From positions 1 through 49,227 of IMG/VR virus record IMGVR_UViG_3300045988_084225: 49,227 nucleotides of DNA; one strand, given 5' to 3'. The notes beneath the pieces are model-generated. The model was not told the origin of the DNA, ran no database searches, and worked only from the letters and a program-made list of their open reading frames with translations. Position numbers and translations under genes: made by a program. Source of the DNA: a virus. Positions 15,277-24,565 of this stretch are shown piece by piece; position 1 is the stretch's first letter, and every line of letters starts with the position of its first letter.

Positions 15277-15398
15277 AAAAGTATAAAAGCAAAACTCCAT
15301 GTAATGAATGTAGACGCTATACGAGAGGACATTGCCCGAAGGATTATTTTATATCATTCACGCGCGAGTGTGATATGTTCATAGAAGACACCAAATAA
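15273..15398 (+). CDS. Small Cys-rich protein (41 aa)
   Basis: ATGA overlap with the upstream stop. MKKYKSKTPCNECRRYTRGHCPKDYF... Confidence 0.4.
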   Translation: MKKYKSKTPCNECRRYTRGHCPKDYFISFTRECDMFIEDTK

Positions 15399-15461
15399 CC
15401 AAAATAGCAGAGCGTACAAAGAGCCATTAAGATTCTTTGTGCGCTTATTAATATAGCAAGA

Positions 15462-15812
15462 ATGAAGCAAGAATTTAGGAAATACAGAAACAAGGTTATA
15501 GTTAACGCTTTTGGGAAATTTGATAGCATCAAAGAGTGGAAAAGGTATATTTACTTGCTCGACCTACAAAAACGTTCGAAAATAAAAAATCTAAGAAGGC
15601 AAGTTAGATACGAGATAATCCCTAAACAGGTAGACAACCAAGGAAAGGTTATAGAACGTGCTTGTCATTATGTTGCCGATTTCGTGTACGAAAGAGAAGG
15701 AAAGACTATCGTTGAAGATGTAAAAAGTGCGATAACTTCTCCAATAGCGACTTTTACTATTAAAAGGAAATTAATGCTTTTTGTACACGGAATAAGGATA
15801 AATGAGGTGTGA
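15462..15812 (+). CDS. DUF1064-family protein (PD-(D/E)XK-like, putative structure-specific nuclease)
   Basis: SIKEWKRYIYL, HYVADFVY and VEDVKS..FTIKRKL match the family pattern as I recall it. Confidence 0.65.
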   Translation: MKQEFRKYRNKVIVNAFGKFDSIKEWKRYIYLLDLQKRSKIKNLRRQVRYEIIPKQVDNQGKVIERACHYVADFVYEREGKTIVEDVKSAITSPIATFTIKRKLMLFVHGIRINEV

Positions 15813-15948
15813 ATGCTGATTTTGTCTCCATTTCGCTTTAAAGCAGATAATAGTATGCGTAATATTGCATTTATGAGAGATGAATTATCGTACTGAATGA
15901 AGTCTTGATTAAGATATACTAGAAACATTATAATACAAAGCAAATAAT

Positions 15949-17208
15949 ATGCAGGCAAAAACAATTAAACTTTCTGATTTGCACCTCAATACTGGGCAAA
16001 TCAAAGACGTGCCAAAGAACCCTCGTTTTATCAAGGATGAGCGTTTTGAAGCACTAAAAAAGAGCATTGAAGACGACCCCGAGATGCTTCAGCTCCGCGA
16101 ACTCGTAGCCTACGACAACAACGGAGAACTTGTCGTTATCCTTGGCAATATGCGTTACCGAGCCATGAAGGAACTTGGCTACAAAGATGCACCAGTAAAG
16201 GTGCTGCCAGTCAAAACAGACGCGAAGAAACTTCGCGCTTACATTCAGAAGGACAACATCGCATTCGGTCAAAACGATTGGGATTTGCTCGGCAATGAGT
16301 GGGACGTAGCCGAACTTGAGGATTTCGGATTAGAATGCGATTTTCTTACAGATTTAGACATAGATAAAGGAAATGAAAATACTATGGACAACGTGCAAGA
16401 AGACGATTTCGACCCAGACTCAGTTCAAGAAGATGAAATTGAAGTGAGACTCGGGGATATATTCCAACTTGGAACTCATAGACTCATGTGTGGAGACAGC
16501 ACCAAGGATGAATTTGTAAATGCGCTATGTGATGAAAAACAAATGGATATGTTGCTAACAGACCCACCATATAATGTTGATTATACAGGTAAATCAAGTA
16601 AACTCAATAATAAAAAGATAGCCAATGATGCCATGCCAGATGACTCATTTCGTACATTCTTGTTAAGTGTGTTTAATTTAGCTGCATCGCATCTCAAAAA
16701 AGGTGGAGCTTTCTATATATGGCATGCCGATTCGGAAGGAGTCGCTTTTAGAAATTCGGTTGAAGGAACGGGCAGTTTATTGCTTAAGCAAACGCTAATA
16801 TGGAATAAGAATTCATTTGTGCTTGGAAGGCAAGACTATCAGTGGAAGCACGAGCCTTGTCTTTATGGCTGGAAAGAAGGAGGTTCTCACTATTTTATTA
16901 ACGACAGGAGTCTTTCAACAGTCATTGATATGAATAAGCCGCAGCGAGCTGACCTACACCCTACAATGAATCCAATTGAATTATTCGCTTATTGTATTAA
17001 CAACAGCAGCAAAGTTGGAGAAAATGTCCTTGACTTATTCGGAGGAAGTGGAACATCTATTATCGCATCCGAGCAACTTGGTCGCAAGTGCTACATGATG
17101 GAATTCTCTCCACACTTTGTTAACGTTATAATTAAACGATGGGAAACGCTAACAGGACAAAAGGCAATAAAACTTTGCAATATATTAGACAGTAGTAGTA
17201 AGGCGTAA
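15949..17208 (+). CDS. ParB-like nuclease domain fused to an N6A/N4C DNA methyltransferase
   Basis: 419 aa. The N-terminal part is ParB-like (VILGNMRYRAMKELG). The methyltransferase part has LLTDPPYNVDY and LDLFGGSGTS. Confidence 0.85.
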   Translation: MQAKTIKLSDLHLNTGQIKDVPKNPRFIKDERFEALKKSIEDDPEMLQLRELVAYDNNGELVVILGNMRYRAMKELGYKDAPVKVLPVKTDAKKLRAYIQKDNIAFGQNDWDLLGNEWDVAELEDFGLECDFLTDLDIDKGNENTMDNVQEDDFDPDSVQEDEIEVRLGDIFQLGTHRLMCGDSTKDEFVNALCDEKQMDMLLTDPPYNVDYTGKSSKLNNKKIANDAMPDDSFRTFLLSVFNLAASHLKKGGAFYIWHADSEGVAFRNSVEGTGSLLLKQTLIWNKNSFVLGRQDYQWKHEPCLYGWKEGGSHYFINDRSLSTVIDMNKPQRADLHPTMNPIELFAYCINNSSKVGENVLDLFGGSGTSIIASEQLGRKCYMMEFSPHFVNVIIKRWETLTGQKAIKLCNILDSSSKA

Positions 17209-17221
17209 TTTAATCAACTCA

Positions 17222-17458
17222 AAAGGCAAAATTCTTGGCATTTCAAAGATAGGTCGTGATGTTGTAACCATGCTTGCAGAATCATTGGGTACAGAAAATC
17301 CACCTCTTGGTATTGCTCTTATCATGGAAGGTGAGCATTTATGCAAATCTATGAGAGGTGCTAAGAAAAATGGTAAAATAAAATCTTCATTTCTTACTGG
17401 ACTTTTTAAAACAGATGCTCAGCTGAGAAACGAATTTCTTAATCTCGTAAGTAGATAA
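17222..17458 (+). pseudogene. folE: Remnant of GTP cyclohydrolase I (FolE): C-terminal fragment with an internal deletion
   Basis: KILGISKIGRDV...LGIALIMEGEHLCKSMRG...LTGLFKTDAQLRNEFLNLV aligns to the FolE C-terminus. The N-terminal two thirds and the RPQVQERLT segment are missing. Confidence 0.7.
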
Positions 17459-17515
17459 TGGGCTTGATATAAGATAGCTCAACTAACAGCAAAAGAAATA
17501 AAGATTACAGGAACA

Positions 17516-17974
17516 ATGCGAAATAAACGCGAAGAAAACCTTATCCCAATGAACAAGCAGCCACCCGATGTGCGCAAGAAACTCGGGAGCAAAGGTGGTC
17601 GCAATTCAGGGAAATCACGCAGAGAAAAACGCGCAATGGCTGATGTATTGCGCATGATGATAGAACAGCCCATACCAAGCAATCAGAAGAAAGCAATTGA
17701 AGCGCTTAAAAAACTTGGTATAAATTCAACAGACGCTACAAATGCGGCCTTGATTAACCTGCAACTCGTCAATCTTGCACTCAGCAATTCTGTTGATAAT
17801 AAAACAAAACTAAGAGCGATTGAACTTATACATAGATTTATTGACGGACAGAAAGTTGATGTAACAACAAATGGAAAAGAAGTAACAAAAGAACCTCTTG
17901 TAGTACAAGTAATTGACAGCAGAGAACAGGTAGACAAGCAAGAAGATGAAGATACAGACAACGAGGATTTATAG
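17516..17974 (+). CDS. terS: Terminase small subunit (putative)
   Basis: 152 aa. Basic N-terminus (KLGSKGGRNSGKSRREKR). It lies immediately upstream of TerL and overlaps it. Confidence 0.6.
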   Translation: MRNKREENLIPMNKQPPDVRKKLGSKGGRNSGKSRREKRAMADVLRMMIEQPIPSNQKKAIEALKKLGINSTDATNAALINLQLVNLALSNSVDNKTKLRAIELIHRFIDGQKVDVTTNGKEVTKEPLVVQVIDSREQVDKQEDEDTDNEDL

Positions 17975-19142
17975 CGAGATAGAAAACGCTAAAGCTAAAG
18001 GTTACACAACAGTCAGCGAGCAAGGCAGCAGCCGAAGTTCAAAGACTTACAACACCGTGATTTGGGTGTGTGTGTATTGCTTGCAGCATGCCAACACATC
18101 GGTGTCAATAGTGCGTGCAACACTTCCAGCCCTAAAAGGTTCTGTATTGCGTGACTTCGTAAAAATCATGCAAGACATGGGCGTTTGGAATGACTGCTCG
18201 TTCAATAAATCCGATTTGATTTGCACCTTTCCAAATGGTTCATGGGTAGAGTTTTTCTCTTGCGATAACGAGCAGAAGTTGCGCGGTCGTAAGCGTCAAA
18301 TCTTGTACGTTAATGAAGGCAATGAGCTAAAGTTTATTGAATGGCAGCAACTGCAAATGCGTACCACGAAATTCTCTATCATTGACTACAATCCATCATT
18401 TTCTGATGACCACTGGCTATGCACGCTGAACAAAGAACCTAAGACTTATCATTTTATCACTACTTACAAGGATAACCCATTCTTGGAACAAAAGGTTATT
18501 GACGAAATCGAAAGTCTTAAAGACAAGAATCCTTCATTGTGGCGCATCTATGGACTTGGGCTGCAAGCTATGGTAGAAGGCTTGATATTTGATAATGTAG
18601 AGGAAATAGACGAGATACCACGTTGGCACAAGAAACACCATTACAGAGGAATGGACTTCGGTTATACGAACGACCCTACGGCCATCGTAGACGTGTATAT
18701 CAACGATAATTCTCTGTGGATTGATGAAGTATGCTACCGCACAGAAATGTTGGCCGCAGACATAGCGAAAGCGCACAAGGAAGCCAATCGCGAATGCGGA
18801 CAAAATGTTGAGATAATATCTGAGAGTGCTGACCCTCGATTGATTGACGAGATTGCAAATGCAGGGCTTGACATTCGCCCCGTCCACAAGTTTCAAGGGT
18901 CTATCATGGCTGGCATACAGAAGATGCAAGAGCTAAAGATACGTGTAACAAAGCGAAGCACCAATGTGCTAAAAGAGTTCAGAAACTACACCTACCGACA
19001 GAATAAAGATGGCAAGTGGCTAAATGAGCCTATTGACGCCTACAACCATGCGATAGACGCCATACGTTATGTAGTTCTCGACAAGTTATTAGGACAGAAC
19101 GGCAACGGACTTGACGCAGAAGAATTTATTGACTTATTATAA
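17946..19142 (+). CDS. terL: Terminase large subunit
   Basis: 398 aa. Walker-A-like GSSRSSKT. The C-terminal nuclease region has GMDFGYTNDPTA and AIDAIRY. Confidence 0.85.
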   Translation: MKIQTTRIYSEIENAKAKGYTTVSEQGSSRSSKTYNTVIWVCVYCLQHANTSVSIVRATLPALKGSVLRDFVKIMQDMGVWNDCSFNKSDLICTFPNGSWVEFFSCDNEQKLRGRKRQILYVNEGNELKFIEWQQLQMRTTKFSIIDYNPSFSDDHWLCTLNKEPKTYHFITTYKDNPFLEQKVIDEIESLKDKNPSLWRIYGLGLQAMVEGLIFDNVEEIDEIPRWHKKHHYRGMDFGYTNDPTAIVDVYINDNSLWIDEVCYRTEMLAADIAKAHKEANRECGQNVEIISESADPRLIDEIANAGLDIRPVHKFQGSIMAGIQKMQELKIRVTKRSTNVLKEFRNYTYRQNKDGKWLNEPIDAYNHAIDAIRYVVLDKLLGQNGNGLDAEEFIDLL

Positions 19143-19149
19143 CAATCCT

Positions 19150-20616
19150 ATGAAACCAATCAATGAGATCATGGCATTGGGCGACCCAATGCAAATATAC
19201 ACGCTGTTAACCTCACGTAAGCAGGGATTCAAAAAATCTCTTGATGAGACAGAATCAGAATACGACCCAATGAGACACGTTGTCTATGATACGACCAAAC
19301 GAAAGAAAAAGAAAATCAAAACCAATACTGGCAAGCGCGACCAAGAAGGGAATCCAATCTACAAAGAAAAGTATATTGACCGTTGCCGCATAGCTGTTCC
19401 TGTACAGCGTCTTCTCTGCGAACGTGATGTAGGTTTTCTCTTATCCAATCCTGTGAAATATAATATTGATGGCAATGTAGATAAACAAGCACAAGACTTA
19501 TTCGATAGTGTAATAAATACATTCAAAGCAAACAAAATAAACTACTTCGATAAGCGTCTTGCAGGAAAACTATTTCGTTGTTGTGAATGTGCTGAACTTT
19601 GGTACTTCATCCCTAGTGAAGATGATAGTGAACCTGAGATGCGTGTAATGCTTCTTTCGCCCCTGCATGGAGATATACTTTATCCACATTTCGATGATTA
19701 CAGACGAATGGATGGTTTTGCACGTAAATACTGCATCAAGGATGAACTCGGCAATTCAACGATTCATTTTGATGTGTATACACGGACGATGATATATAGA
19801 TACGCGAACGATGGTGCAAACCTTACCTTGCTTGACGCGAAACCTCATGGATTCGATAGAATACCTGTGGTCTATTATCGCCAAGAAGAAACCGAATGGG
19901 AATCCGTACAACCAGTGATTGAGCGACTTGAAGAACTTCTATCAAATTGGGGAGATGTAAACGATTATTTCGGTGCGCCTACATACTTCTTCAAGGGTAA
20001 GATGAAAGGATTTGCAGAAAAAGGCGAAGTAGGCAGAATATACCAAGGTGAGGGAGAGGGTGCAGATATGAAAGTCGTATCATGGAACTCTGCCCCCGAT
20101 AGTATGCGGCAAGAAATGGCCAATCTTACGAATATCATCTTCTCATACTCTCAAACTCCCGACATTTCATTTGAGAATATGAAGACACTCGGGAATAACA
20201 CAAGTGGAGCAGCAATCAGACTAATGTTTACTGACCCACATCTCAAAGCAGAGAAGAAAGAAGAATTGTTCGGTGAAATGTTTACTCGAAGATTTAATAT
20301 CGTGAAAAGTGGTATCGCAGCAAGCGTTCTCGCAACACCCAAGCGAATCGCTGATGCGCTGAACGTTATTCCCATATTCTCACCCTACATTCCTAAGAAC
20401 GAGATGGAGACGCTGCAGCTCATCAACCTTTCCACGCAGAACAAAGCTACCATGTCGCAGGAGGATGGTGTACGGCTGAATCCGCTTGTAAGCAATCCCG
20501 AACAAACATTGAAGCAGCTAAAGGAGGATGAATCGTCCGAAGCTAAGATGAACATTTTTGCGAGCGCAATCAGTGGTGCTGCAGCACAGAACGAAGAAGA
20601 GAAGAATGAAGAATGA
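19150..20616 (+). CDS. Portal protein
   Basis: About 488 aa from the ATG at 19150. The call rests on its position after TerL and its size. The ORF-track TTG start at 19111 overlaps the TerL end. Confidence 0.75.
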   Translation: MKPINEIMALGDPMQIYTLLTSRKQGFKKSLDETESEYDPMRHVVYDTTKRKKKKIKTNTGKRDQEGNPIYKEKYIDRCRIAVPVQRLLCERDVGFLLSNPVKYNIDGNVDKQAQDLFDSVINTFKANKINYFDKRLAGKLFRCCECAELWYFIPSEDDSEPEMRVMLLSPLHGDILYPHFDDYRRMDGFARKYCIKDELGNSTIHFDVYTRTMIYRYANDGANLTLLDAKPHGFDRIPVVYYRQEETEWESVQPVIERLEELLSNWGDVNDYFGAPTYFFKGKMKGFAEKGEVGRIYQGEGEGADMKVVSWNSAPDSMRQEMANLTNIIFSYSQTPDISFENMKTLGNNTSGAAIRLMFTDPHLKAEKKEELFGEMFTRRFNIVKSGIAASVLATPKRIADALNVIPIFSPYIPKNEMETLQLINLSTQNKATMSQEDGVRLNPLVSNPEQTLKQLKEDESSEAKMNIFASAISGAAAQNEEEKNEE

Positions 20617-22211
20617 CAATCGAAGAACAGATAACACGACTATTATTATACGCTTCGTCTGATGTAAACAAGTTGTACGACAAGTTAATCAAGGAATTAT
20701 CCAAGGTTACAGCCACATCTACAACGAGAGTTACACCAGATGAATTATACACCATTGCCAAGGCTTGCACCCCTTCTGAAAAGGAGAAGGTACAAGCCTT
20801 ATTGGATAAGTACACAAAAGCGTTGCAAGCAGTCATTCAGCAAGGGATAACGCTTGCAGTTCTTCATTCTGCAAATATTCAGCAGAAGGCATTGGCAGCA
20901 TATACACGCTGGGAAGGGAAAGAGGTAGAACAATGGCGCAAAGACACCGCCAATGCTTTTATTCGCAGCCGAATGAATCGTGATGGAGGGCTTAATCTTT
21001 TTGATAGAGTGTGGAACTATACGCAGCAAACAAAGGGTGAGTTTGAGTTAGCTGTTTCGCAGGTGCTAGAACAAGGTATCGGAAAAGGAATATCCGCAGA
21101 ATCTCTTGGCAGACAAGTGCGTCAATTCCTCAATAATCCCGATATGATGTACAGACGCTACCACATGAAGAAACTCATGTCGGATGGCACGAAGAAAGAT
21201 GTCGTTGAGTGGCGCAGACGAGTGGTAGATGAGCAAGGTAAGGTTCACTTCGTTAAGGAGGACTTAGCTAAGGTCGGCACTGGCGTTTATCGTTCCTCAC
21301 GTCAGAATGCTTTGCGTCTAACAATTACTGAAACGAATATGGCTTACAACTTTGCTAATTGCGAAAGATGGAGCAGCGAGCCTTACGTACTTGGTATTCG
21401 TATTCGTTTGTCGGGTAATCACCCAGAGGAGGATATATGCGATGAATTGGCAGGTGACTATCCGAAGGACTTCATGTTTCGTGGTTGGCATCCTCGCTGC
21501 AGATGTTCTATGTCCTCAATATTGATGGATAGAAATAGCGAGGAATGGAAGCATTTGCGCTCTCTGCCCGAGAATGAATACAAGGCTTACCAATCACCCA
21601 ACGCTGTAAAGAACGTTCCCGAGAAATTTAATAAATGGTGCGAGCGCAATGCGAAAAAGTTGGACTTGGCACGCGAGAGGGGGAAGCTGCCTTACTTCGT
21701 GAGGGATAATATGAAGGCTGTTGGGGATATTATAGGTTGGGAAGAAGTAAAATACACTTTAGGTAAAGGAACAATTACAATTCCTAAATACGTAAGCTCG
21801 TCAGATAATGACTACAAGAAACTGATACAAATAGCCGAACACTTTGCATTGAAAGGTTCAAACGTTATTCTTACACCTAAGATGAAACGTCCTCCAGAAT
21901 TTGAGTATTCAAAGTATTATAAATCTTTAATCGGCACTAAATATGAAGGTAAATGTCCAGATTTAAATATTGATGGAAAGTGGTATGAGCATGAGGGGTT
22001 TGTTACAGATAATCCGAAACGTGCTCTTAAAAATATGCTTAATGATGGATTAAAACAATCAAATCGCTTAGTGATTGATCAACCTAGGTTGACGGATAAT
22101 TACATCTTGCATAATATTATTGTTCGTCAGAAACAAGGTCAAGATATAGAAGAAGTTTGGTTAAGGACTGAAAAGGCAATACGTTTAATCTATAAAAAGC
22201 GAGAGAGTTAA
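20613..22211 (+). CDS. MuF-like head morphogenesis protein with a ~225-aa C-terminal extension
   Basis: MuF core ITETNMAYNFANCERW...WHPRCRC ends near residue 305 of 532. The distal part contains KCPDLNIDGKWYEHEGF. Confidence 0.8.
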   Translation: MTIEEQITRLLLYASSDVNKLYDKLIKELSKVTATSTTRVTPDELYTIAKACTPSEKEKVQALLDKYTKALQAVIQQGITLAVLHSANIQQKALAAYTRWEGKEVEQWRKDTANAFIRSRMNRDGGLNLFDRVWNYTQQTKGEFELAVSQVLEQGIGKGISAESLGRQVRQFLNNPDMMYRRYHMKKLMSDGTKKDVVEWRRRVVDEQGKVHFVKEDLAKVGTGVYRSSRQNALRLTITETNMAYNFANCERWSSEPYVLGIRIRLSGNHPEEDICDELAGDYPKDFMFRGWHPRCRCSMSSILMDRNSEEWKHLRSLPENEYKAYQSPNAVKNVPEKFNKWCERNAKKLDLARERGKLPYFVRDNMKAVGDIIGWEEVKYTLGKGTITIPKYVSSSDNDYKKLIQIAEHFALKGSNVILTPKMKRPPEFEYSKYYKSLIGTKYEGKCPDLNIDGKWYEHEGFVTDNPKRALKNMLNDGLKQSNRLVIDQPRLTDNYILHNIIVRQKQGQDIEEVWLRTEKAIRLIYKKRES

Positions 22212-22267
22212 AATACTAACTCTCCCGTGTCGAGGAATCGGTAGTCATTAGCTACAGAATCCTCATT

Positions 22268-22297
22268 GCAAAGGTATGGAATTTCGCCATACCTTGC
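22268..22297. terminator. Hairpin between convergent late and reverse-oriented genes
   Basis: AAGGTATGG (22271..22279) pairs with CCATACCTT (22287..22295). A second hairpin GAGAGTTA/TAACTCTC lies at 22203..22224. Confidence 0.5.
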
Positions 22298-22302
22298 AAA
22301 TT

Positions 22303-22545
22303 TTACACCTCAATTTTCCAAAAATAATATACACAACCAAAGTCGTCTTCAATAACATCTGGCTTCAAGTAAAGCGCTTTTTGGTTGCTGCTCACGAAGT
22401 ACAGAGCATCTTCAAATTGCCCTTTGAGCAGCTTCACAGAATCTTCATTTGTTTCAGCGTACAGAGCGAGGTCTTCGCCACAAGCTATTTCTTCGCTTCT
22501 AAGGTCTTTGCCTACCAACGTTTCAAGTAGTTCTATTGCTTTCAT
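22303..22545 (-). CDS. Small acidic hypothetical protein
   Basis: 80-aa ORF, last gene of the reverse-oriented operon. Confidence 0.6.
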   Translation of the reverse strand: MKAIELLETLVGKDLRSEEIACGEDLALYAETNEDSVKLLKGQFEDALYFVSSNQKALYLKPDVIEDDFGCVYYFWKIEV

Positions 22546-22550
22546 CTTGT

Positions 22551-22952
22551 TTAATCTATGAAGTCATTAAATGTTGTTACTTCTGTGCCATCATCATAGA
22601 AAGGCTTCTTGTCGCAAATGTAGCCTTTCCAAAAGCCATATTCGTAGATAAGGAACATGTGGTATCCAGCATTACGAAGAACCTTAAAGGCTGCTTTCAT
22701 TTCTTCTCCATTAAATCGGATATTATTGTCACTGTCAAATGCTTCGTGGTCGCCAAATCCGTAGGCCTTACCACTTTGTTTATTTACTCTAACGTATAGA
22801 GTTTTACCTCTGTATGCGCTTTGTCTTTCTGGGTGGAATATGCGCCAGACACAAGTGCTGAGAAACGCATCGCAAATGTATTGTACAACCTCTTGGCGTA
22901 CTTCCGTTGGCTGTACATAATCGTTCTTCGGAATGTTCACTGTTATTTCCAT
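22551..22952 (-). CDS. Hypothetical protein
   Basis: 133-aa ORF. Confidence 0.65.
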   Translation of the reverse strand: MEITVNIPKNDYVQPTEVRQEVVQYICDAFLSTCVWRIFHPERQSAYRGKTLYVRVNKQSGKAYGFGDHEAFDSDNNIRFNGEEMKAAFKVLRNAGYHMFLIYEYGFWKGYICDKKPFYDDGTEVTTFNDFID

Positions 22953-22964
22953 TGCGGTTTTAGA

Positions 22965-23528
22965 TTAAATTCGTGTGATTGTTTTTGCTGTTTCTTCTCC
23001 CCACAAATCCAATATTGTATTGTAGGCTTCCTTATCTCCGTCCCATGCGTACATACATTCATAGTTGTTGTACTCATAGAAGTAAACCTCTTGTGGATCG
23101 CAATTCTTTGGAATATCCTTGTCTCGCTGTATATAGAAATCGAAGAACGCGTCAAGGCTTTCTTTTGTACCGAATGCACCATTTTTGCACTGGCATATCT
23201 TGTCACCTTTGGAAATAAACCCAAGGTCTACAAGATGATTATAACCTTCGGCATATTGCTCATTGTTGAAGGCGAAGAATACTCCATACTTGTCGCAGTC
23301 GGGATGCGAATCCTTGGTGCGCTGATAGTACTTTATAGTTTGTGGATTAAGCATTATCACGCTGCCTTCTGTACAGAGCCAATCAACGAAGTAATTGAGC
23401 GTACCTTTGGTCGTTTTAACGCTCTTGATAGCGTTCGGATTGTCTCGCTTGGTTACTTCATAGCTCTTTGCGAATCTGTCGTTTAAACCACAACTTCTTG
23501 CGAAATAGTAATCTTTATTGTTGCTCAT
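22965..23528 (-). CDS. Hypothetical protein
   Basis: 187-aa ORF. Confidence 0.65.
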   Translation of the reverse strand: MSNNKDYYFARSCGLNDRFAKSYEVTKRDNPNAIKSVKTTKGTLNYFVDWLCTEGSVIMLNPQTIKYYQRTKDSHPDCDKYGVFFAFNNEQYAEGYNHLVDLGFISKGDKICQCKNGAFGTKESLDAFFDFYIQRDKDIPKNCDPQEVYFYEYNNYECMYAWDGDKEAYNTILDLWGEETAKTITRI

Positions 23529-24148
23529 GTTGTTTCGTTTTAGGGGTGGGGTAAAAAAGTGCGCTTAACGTTATCGCCCAACGAATCGTGACAGCAAATG
23601 CGAGGTGTACGTTTCGCTCCCTACTGGAGTAAGTCTGAATTTATGCACATGTGCAACTTTTCAGAGGAATATCCTTTTTCTCGGCATCTTAACGTTTAGC
23701 GTCAACGTGATGGTTTATTTAGCGTTCACTCCTCACAAGAACGAATTTGTAGCTTATCCAAATACAGCTTGCTACATATGAGCTGAATTTTTTTGTCAGG
23801 TGTTTTTTTCACCCCACGGTATGCCTGACCGCCCGCTGTTGTATACGGTTTTTCTCTACAATGGTACTTGGATTGTACCTACGGCTTTTTAGTTGTATTG
23901 CTCAACCCTTGTAACGATAAGGTGCGGTTACGTTGTCTCGGTTTTAACGTGTTATCTCACGGCTGATTAACACCACAGCTTTCGGATTTACTCTTGTCTG
24001 ATGTTTTAACGATTGTGCTTATCGACTTCTTTTCTCCACCAGTTTTGACTAGACCTGCGCAGGAAAGAATGCTAGAAAATTCGCTCTTACTAGGTTATAA
24101 CGTTATCTTTGTGAGTAAGGCGGAATCGAACTGCCCAAGCCACCAAGG
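23529..24148 (-). other. 620-bp ORF-free spacer inside the reverse-oriented operon (candidate large structured RNA, regulatory region or origin)
   Basis: There is no ORF of 60 aa or more in the sense direction and no internal minus-strand TAnnTTTG box. It contains palindromes, TTAACG and TTATC repeats, long-range complementarity and a T-arm-like motif at its 5' end. Confidence 0.5.
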
Positions 24149-24508
24149 TTACTCTCTTGCCCATTCTTCAAAGGCGTTTACAAGTTCTAATTTAATGAAG
24201 AGCATATCACCAGTACCATCTCTCCACCAATCTGAATAATGTGTAAGAAATTCTCCATAGATACCATCATAACAGCAGAGCTTTTTGTAAATCGCTCTAA
24301 ACATTGCCGAAATCTTTCTTCCGCTGAAGTGTCCTGCATATTTAGCATCATTCGTGCAATAACCATAGGCATGGTGTCCGTATAAGTTTCCGTCCTCATC
24401 AACGAAATCTACAAGGTCGCTGCCCCAAAATCCATAATTGATAGTATCTTTCAAGAGTTGTTTTTGTTCTTCTGTTAACTCCTTTACTAAGTTTTCGATT
24501 GTTTCCAT
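24149..24508 (-). CDS. Hypothetical protein, first gene of the reverse-oriented operon
   Basis: ATG at 24508 (METIENLVKELTEEQ...). The longer ORF-track start at 24592 would run through the promoter. Confidence 0.65.
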   Translation of the reverse strand: METIENLVKELTEEQKQLLKDTINYGFWGSDLVDFVDEDGNLYGHHAYGYCTNDAKYAGHFSGRKISAMFRAIYKKLCCYDGIYGEFLTHYSDWWRDGTGDMLFIKLELVNAFEEWARE

Positions 24509-24557
24509 TGTTGTTTTGTTTTTAAATTGTTTCTTACTTTCGTTCTTAACTCTGTTG

Positions 24558-24565
24558 CAAAGATA
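24558..24565 (-). promoter_or_regulatory. -7 box TATCTTTG of the reverse-oriented operon; same promoter/leader cassette as at 2787 and 48882
   Basis: The reverse complement reads TTGTTATATCTTTGCAACAGAGTTAAGAACGAAAGTAAGAAACAA. Confidence 0.6.

Noticed and set aside
22276-23486. Plus-strand ORFs 22276..22530, 22536..22799, 22821..23486 and 22979..23218, and minus-strand ORF 22943..23224.
   Set aside because: They overlap the three minus-strand genes, antisense or out of frame, and give Cys/Phe/Leu-rich implausible translations. The minus-strand genes are tightly spaced and sit behind a recognisable promoter.
23994-24402. ORFs 23994..24239 (+) and 24187..24402 (-) around the spacer and first gene.
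   Set aside because: 23994..24239 starts with TTG inside the spacer and runs antisense into the 24149..24508 gene. 24187..24402 is an out-of-frame overlap of that gene. Neither has supporting signals.
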